Shown here one piece after another: positions 61,514-64,000 of a stretch of 64,000 nucleotides of DNA. This DNA is from Azolla caroliniana (lineage: Eukaryota > Plantae > Polypodiophyta). The position numbers were made by a program, and so were the translations under genes. The notes beneath the pieces are model-generated. The model saw nothing but the letters and a program-made list of their open reading frames with translations, did no database searches and was not told the origin of the DNA. The DNA is taken from the NCBI GenBank assembly GCA_043228905.1, contig JBHGNT010000017.1:12462001-12526000 (forward strand), read 5' to 3'. Each line of letters begins with the position of its first letter. The stretch's first letter is position 1.

Positions 61514-62326
61514 GTTGCACACTATGTGGAAATTATATTTTTGTCCCTCCGGATAGAGAATGGAGTGCTCGGTGAGAACCGGAAGAAAACGGCATACCGG
61601 CAAGGAGGAAAACGGCATACCGGCAAGGAGGAAAAACGGCATACCGGCAAGGAGGAAAACGGCATACCGGCAAGGAAGAGCCGGATAGAGAGACATAAAT
61701 GTAAAAATAAAGGAAATACTCACTACTGCGCAGGGCGTGATTCGAACTCTGCACCTCCACGTTGACAAACCCCAACCTTACCATTACATTAAATTATCTT
61801 AAGTGTTTTAAATATAGATTTAATATGTATAAGACCTTTATTTATGCATACCTTTATTAAAAGGTAAATCGTGTATTTCTTTAATATATGAAAAAGAAAA
61901 AACACGAGACACTAAAAATAACTCATGCACATCTAGCGTGCATGAGCCCTATACTTAGGAAATAAAAAAGCATCACATGCACATTTAGTGTGCATGAACA
62001 TATGAGAAAAAGCATGTAGCTATGCTTAGTCTCTCCCATCACTATATAAGGATGGGGAGCACATTGTAGTTGTTGTTGATTATTCGGATTAAGTATTAAT
62101 CAATACAAAAATTATTCGTGGGATTCACGATTTATACGTCTACTTCTCTCTTAACACCCTAAGTACCAATTAATATAGTATACTCGTGTGATTCACGAGT
62201 TTCTTATCTTTCTCTTTGCTATTTATTCATAATTAATCTCTATCTCACGAACTTCTTTCTCCTAGTCCAAGACCTCTGTGGTTCCCACCCGACTCACGCA
62301 ACGATCCGGAGCCGAAAGGCACGACA
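61501..62326 (+). repeat. LTR2 (826 bp; 4 U3 repeats), shared between tandem units
   Basis: Preceded by a PPT and followed by a PBS. Matches LTR1 except for 94 bp of repeat. Confidence 0.96.
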
Positions 62327-62364
62327 CAGTTGGTGAACCCGACGTGAAGACGGGTGGCAAGGAG

Positions 62365-64000
62365 ATGGAGGCTCAACAAACTAACAATATGATGGCGATG
62401 TTCGAACGGATGCTTCAAGAACAACGCACGATGTCGGAGATTTCGGCATCAGTAGAGCGGCTCGTGCAACGCAACAGGCAATTTAATGGTAAGGATGTGT
62501 CGCGATATTTGCAGGACTACAAGGCGGAGATGCTCCAGTGCCGGGCTTCGGAAGGACTGCAAGTGACATCCTTTAACCGGGTGGCGACCGACGGGCTTCA
62601 AGGGAGTATCCACGGGTTGCAACAACAAAATCCGACGTGGGAAGCATTCGAAGAGGCGTTAAAGACCACGTTTGCCATCGAGGACTCCTCCAAGGCAACG
62701 CGGAGGGGATTCGAGGATTGGGTGGAAACGTCAGGTAAGGGGCTGAAGGTCCTCGAAGTGTTTTCGACATTCGAAAGTCGGTTCGGGAGGTTGTCCGCGA
62801 GAGATCAAACTATTCTTGCACCGGACAAAGTCATCATGTTTTTGCGAGCTGTGGACGTCCGGGACCGGAAAGATCTCGGAGTGCTTCTTGAGGACACGAC
62901 CACCGAAAGCGGCCTCACCGAAACATGGGAAAGCGTGCGGGATATCGTCGCGCGGTACACGAAGAGGGGGCAATGGCTTGCCAACGAAGAAAAGAGGGTT
63001 TCGGAACCGATTCCGAAACCGAGAACGGGACTGGAAGACCATCAACCGGGGGCTCGGGAGATTACGGCCGAGAAGGGAGTCGACGCATCTACGGTGGAGC
63101 AGTTGCTGAAGGAGATGGAGAATCTAAAGATCGCGATGGTGAAGAAGTCGGATGACCGCCCCACAAGCTCCAAATATACGGATCGACGGTGCATATGGTG
63201 CGATAGCGCCGAACACGATCGGAGGGATTGCGACGACCATAAGGAGGCGCTACGACGGGATCTCATCTACTACGAGGGAAACCGGATTCATTCGATGGAC
63301 TCTCGGAAGCCACTCCGACCGAACTTCCGGAAAGGCGGCATGAAGAAGGTGCTCGAGGAGGAGTTAGCGGCAAGAAGCAACTATGCGACAACCGCGGGAA
63401 TATGTGTCGGGGAGTCATCGGGAGCGAAGGCGTCTTTCTGGCCGGAGGTGCTAGGAAACACCGAGAAAACCGACTCCAACGATATCCGAAACACCGCGGA
63501 AGGCGTCCGGGAAGCTACGGGATGGGACTGCCCTGTCGACAAGAATAGCATATACGCCCTGTGTCAATTACATGAGGTGTATGTGGACGAGAAACGACGG
63601 CGCACGGAGGATGCGGCCGGACCATCGAAGATACCGGAAAGCTGGAACTCCGGAGGTAAGGGAAAAGAAAAGGCGACTCCGGCATTCAAGCTCGCCTCGG
63701 ACATAGAACAACAAACCGACTTGAAAAGAGTGTTCGAGGAAAGAATCTTGGATAGCCGGGTAGATTTTTCGCTGCGGGAACTACTCGGAATAGCGAAGAA
63801 GGAGTTTCACGATCTTCTCGTGGATCTCGTGAAAAGGAAGAGACAAAGTACGGAGGAAAATGCTCCAAGGGTGAATGCAAATACCGTTTCAATGAACGAC
63901 ACCGAAGTGGAAGGAGAAATTCCGAACTCCCACTATACAAGGCCACATTGGGCACGTGCGACTACAGAGACTCCGGTCCGAATCGGCAACATCAAAGAAC
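62365..64000 (+). CDS. gag: Gag-protease, second copy (3' partial)
   Basis: Same sequence as 55872 onward, open to the window end. Confidence 0.9.
   Translation, partial: MEAQQTNNMMAMFERMLQEQRTMSEISASVERLVQRNRQFNGKDVSRYLQDYKAEMLQCRASEGLQVTSFNRVATDGLQGSIHGLQQQNPTWEAFEEALKTTFAIEDSSKATRRGFEDWVETSGKGLKVLEVFSTFESRFGRLSARDQTILAPDKVIMFLRAVDVRDRKDLGVLLEDTTTESGLTETWESVRDIVARYTKRGQWLANEEKRVSEPIPKPRTGLEDHQPGAREITAEKGVDASTVEQLLKEMENLKIAMVKKSDDRPTSSKYTDRRCIWCDSAEHDRRDCDDHKEALRRDLIYYEGNRIHSMDSRKPLRPNFRKGGMKKVLEEELAARSNYATTAGICVGESSGAKASFWPEVLGNTEKTDSNDIRNTAEGVREATGWDCPVDKNSIYALCQLHEVYVDEKRRRTEDAAGPSKIPESWNSGGKGKEKATPAFKLASDIEQQTDLKRVFEERILDSRVDFSLRELLGIAKKEFHDLLVDLVKRKRQSTEENAPRVNANTVSMNDTEVEGEIPNSHYTRPHWARATTETPVRIGNIKE

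Larger units (their letters stand above)
54914..62326 (+). mobile_element. Apparently intact tRNA-Trp-primed Ty3/gypsy element (unit 1 of a tandem)
   Basis: LTRs 54914-55833 and 61501-62326, 18-nt PBS, two uninterrupted ORFs, PPT GGAGGGGGCGAG ending at 61500. Confidence 0.97.
61501..64000 (+). mobile_element. Unit 2 of the tandem Gypsy (runs off the window)
   Basis: 62327-64000 repeats 55834-57507 at an offset of 6493. ORF-track translations are identical. Confidence 0.95.

Overview
This is gene-free plant (probably moss-like; inferred, not proven) heterochromatin built almost entirely from nested LTR retrotransposons. From left to right: (1) A young Tnt1/Tto1-like Copia (<1-5156) sits in the LTR of a decayed Met-primed chromovirus-type Gypsy (5157-~10953). 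(2) A deletion scar is followed by a decayed Copia (11701-~18634) whose 3' LTR holds an RT-less Copia (13301-17099) and a solo LTR (17467-18310). (3) An AT-rich spacer follows. (4) A large minus-strand Gypsy 'host' (21381->46774) is split by a gag-INT-only relative (~23600-27584), a full-length inverted relative (27590-33921), a Copia-in-Copia pair (34923-44108 containing 37396-42385) and an Arg-primed non-chromovirus Gypsy with an extra 3' ORF (46775->54913). (5) That element is interrupted by an apparently intact tRNA-Trp-primed Gypsy arranged head-to-tail with a shared LTR (54914->64000). The most notable signals are all in the Trp-primed family. It has a G_GAU_UUU slippery site plus an H-type pseudoknot between protease and RT, conserved in three diverged copies, giving a gag-pro / -1 pol layout. 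Its LTR carries an antisense tRNA-like A-box/B-box/T5 cassette, its protease motif is D-H-G, and its two tandem LTRs differ in U3 repeat number (8 vs 4). No host gene, true tRNA or rRNA gene, or CRISPR array is supported.
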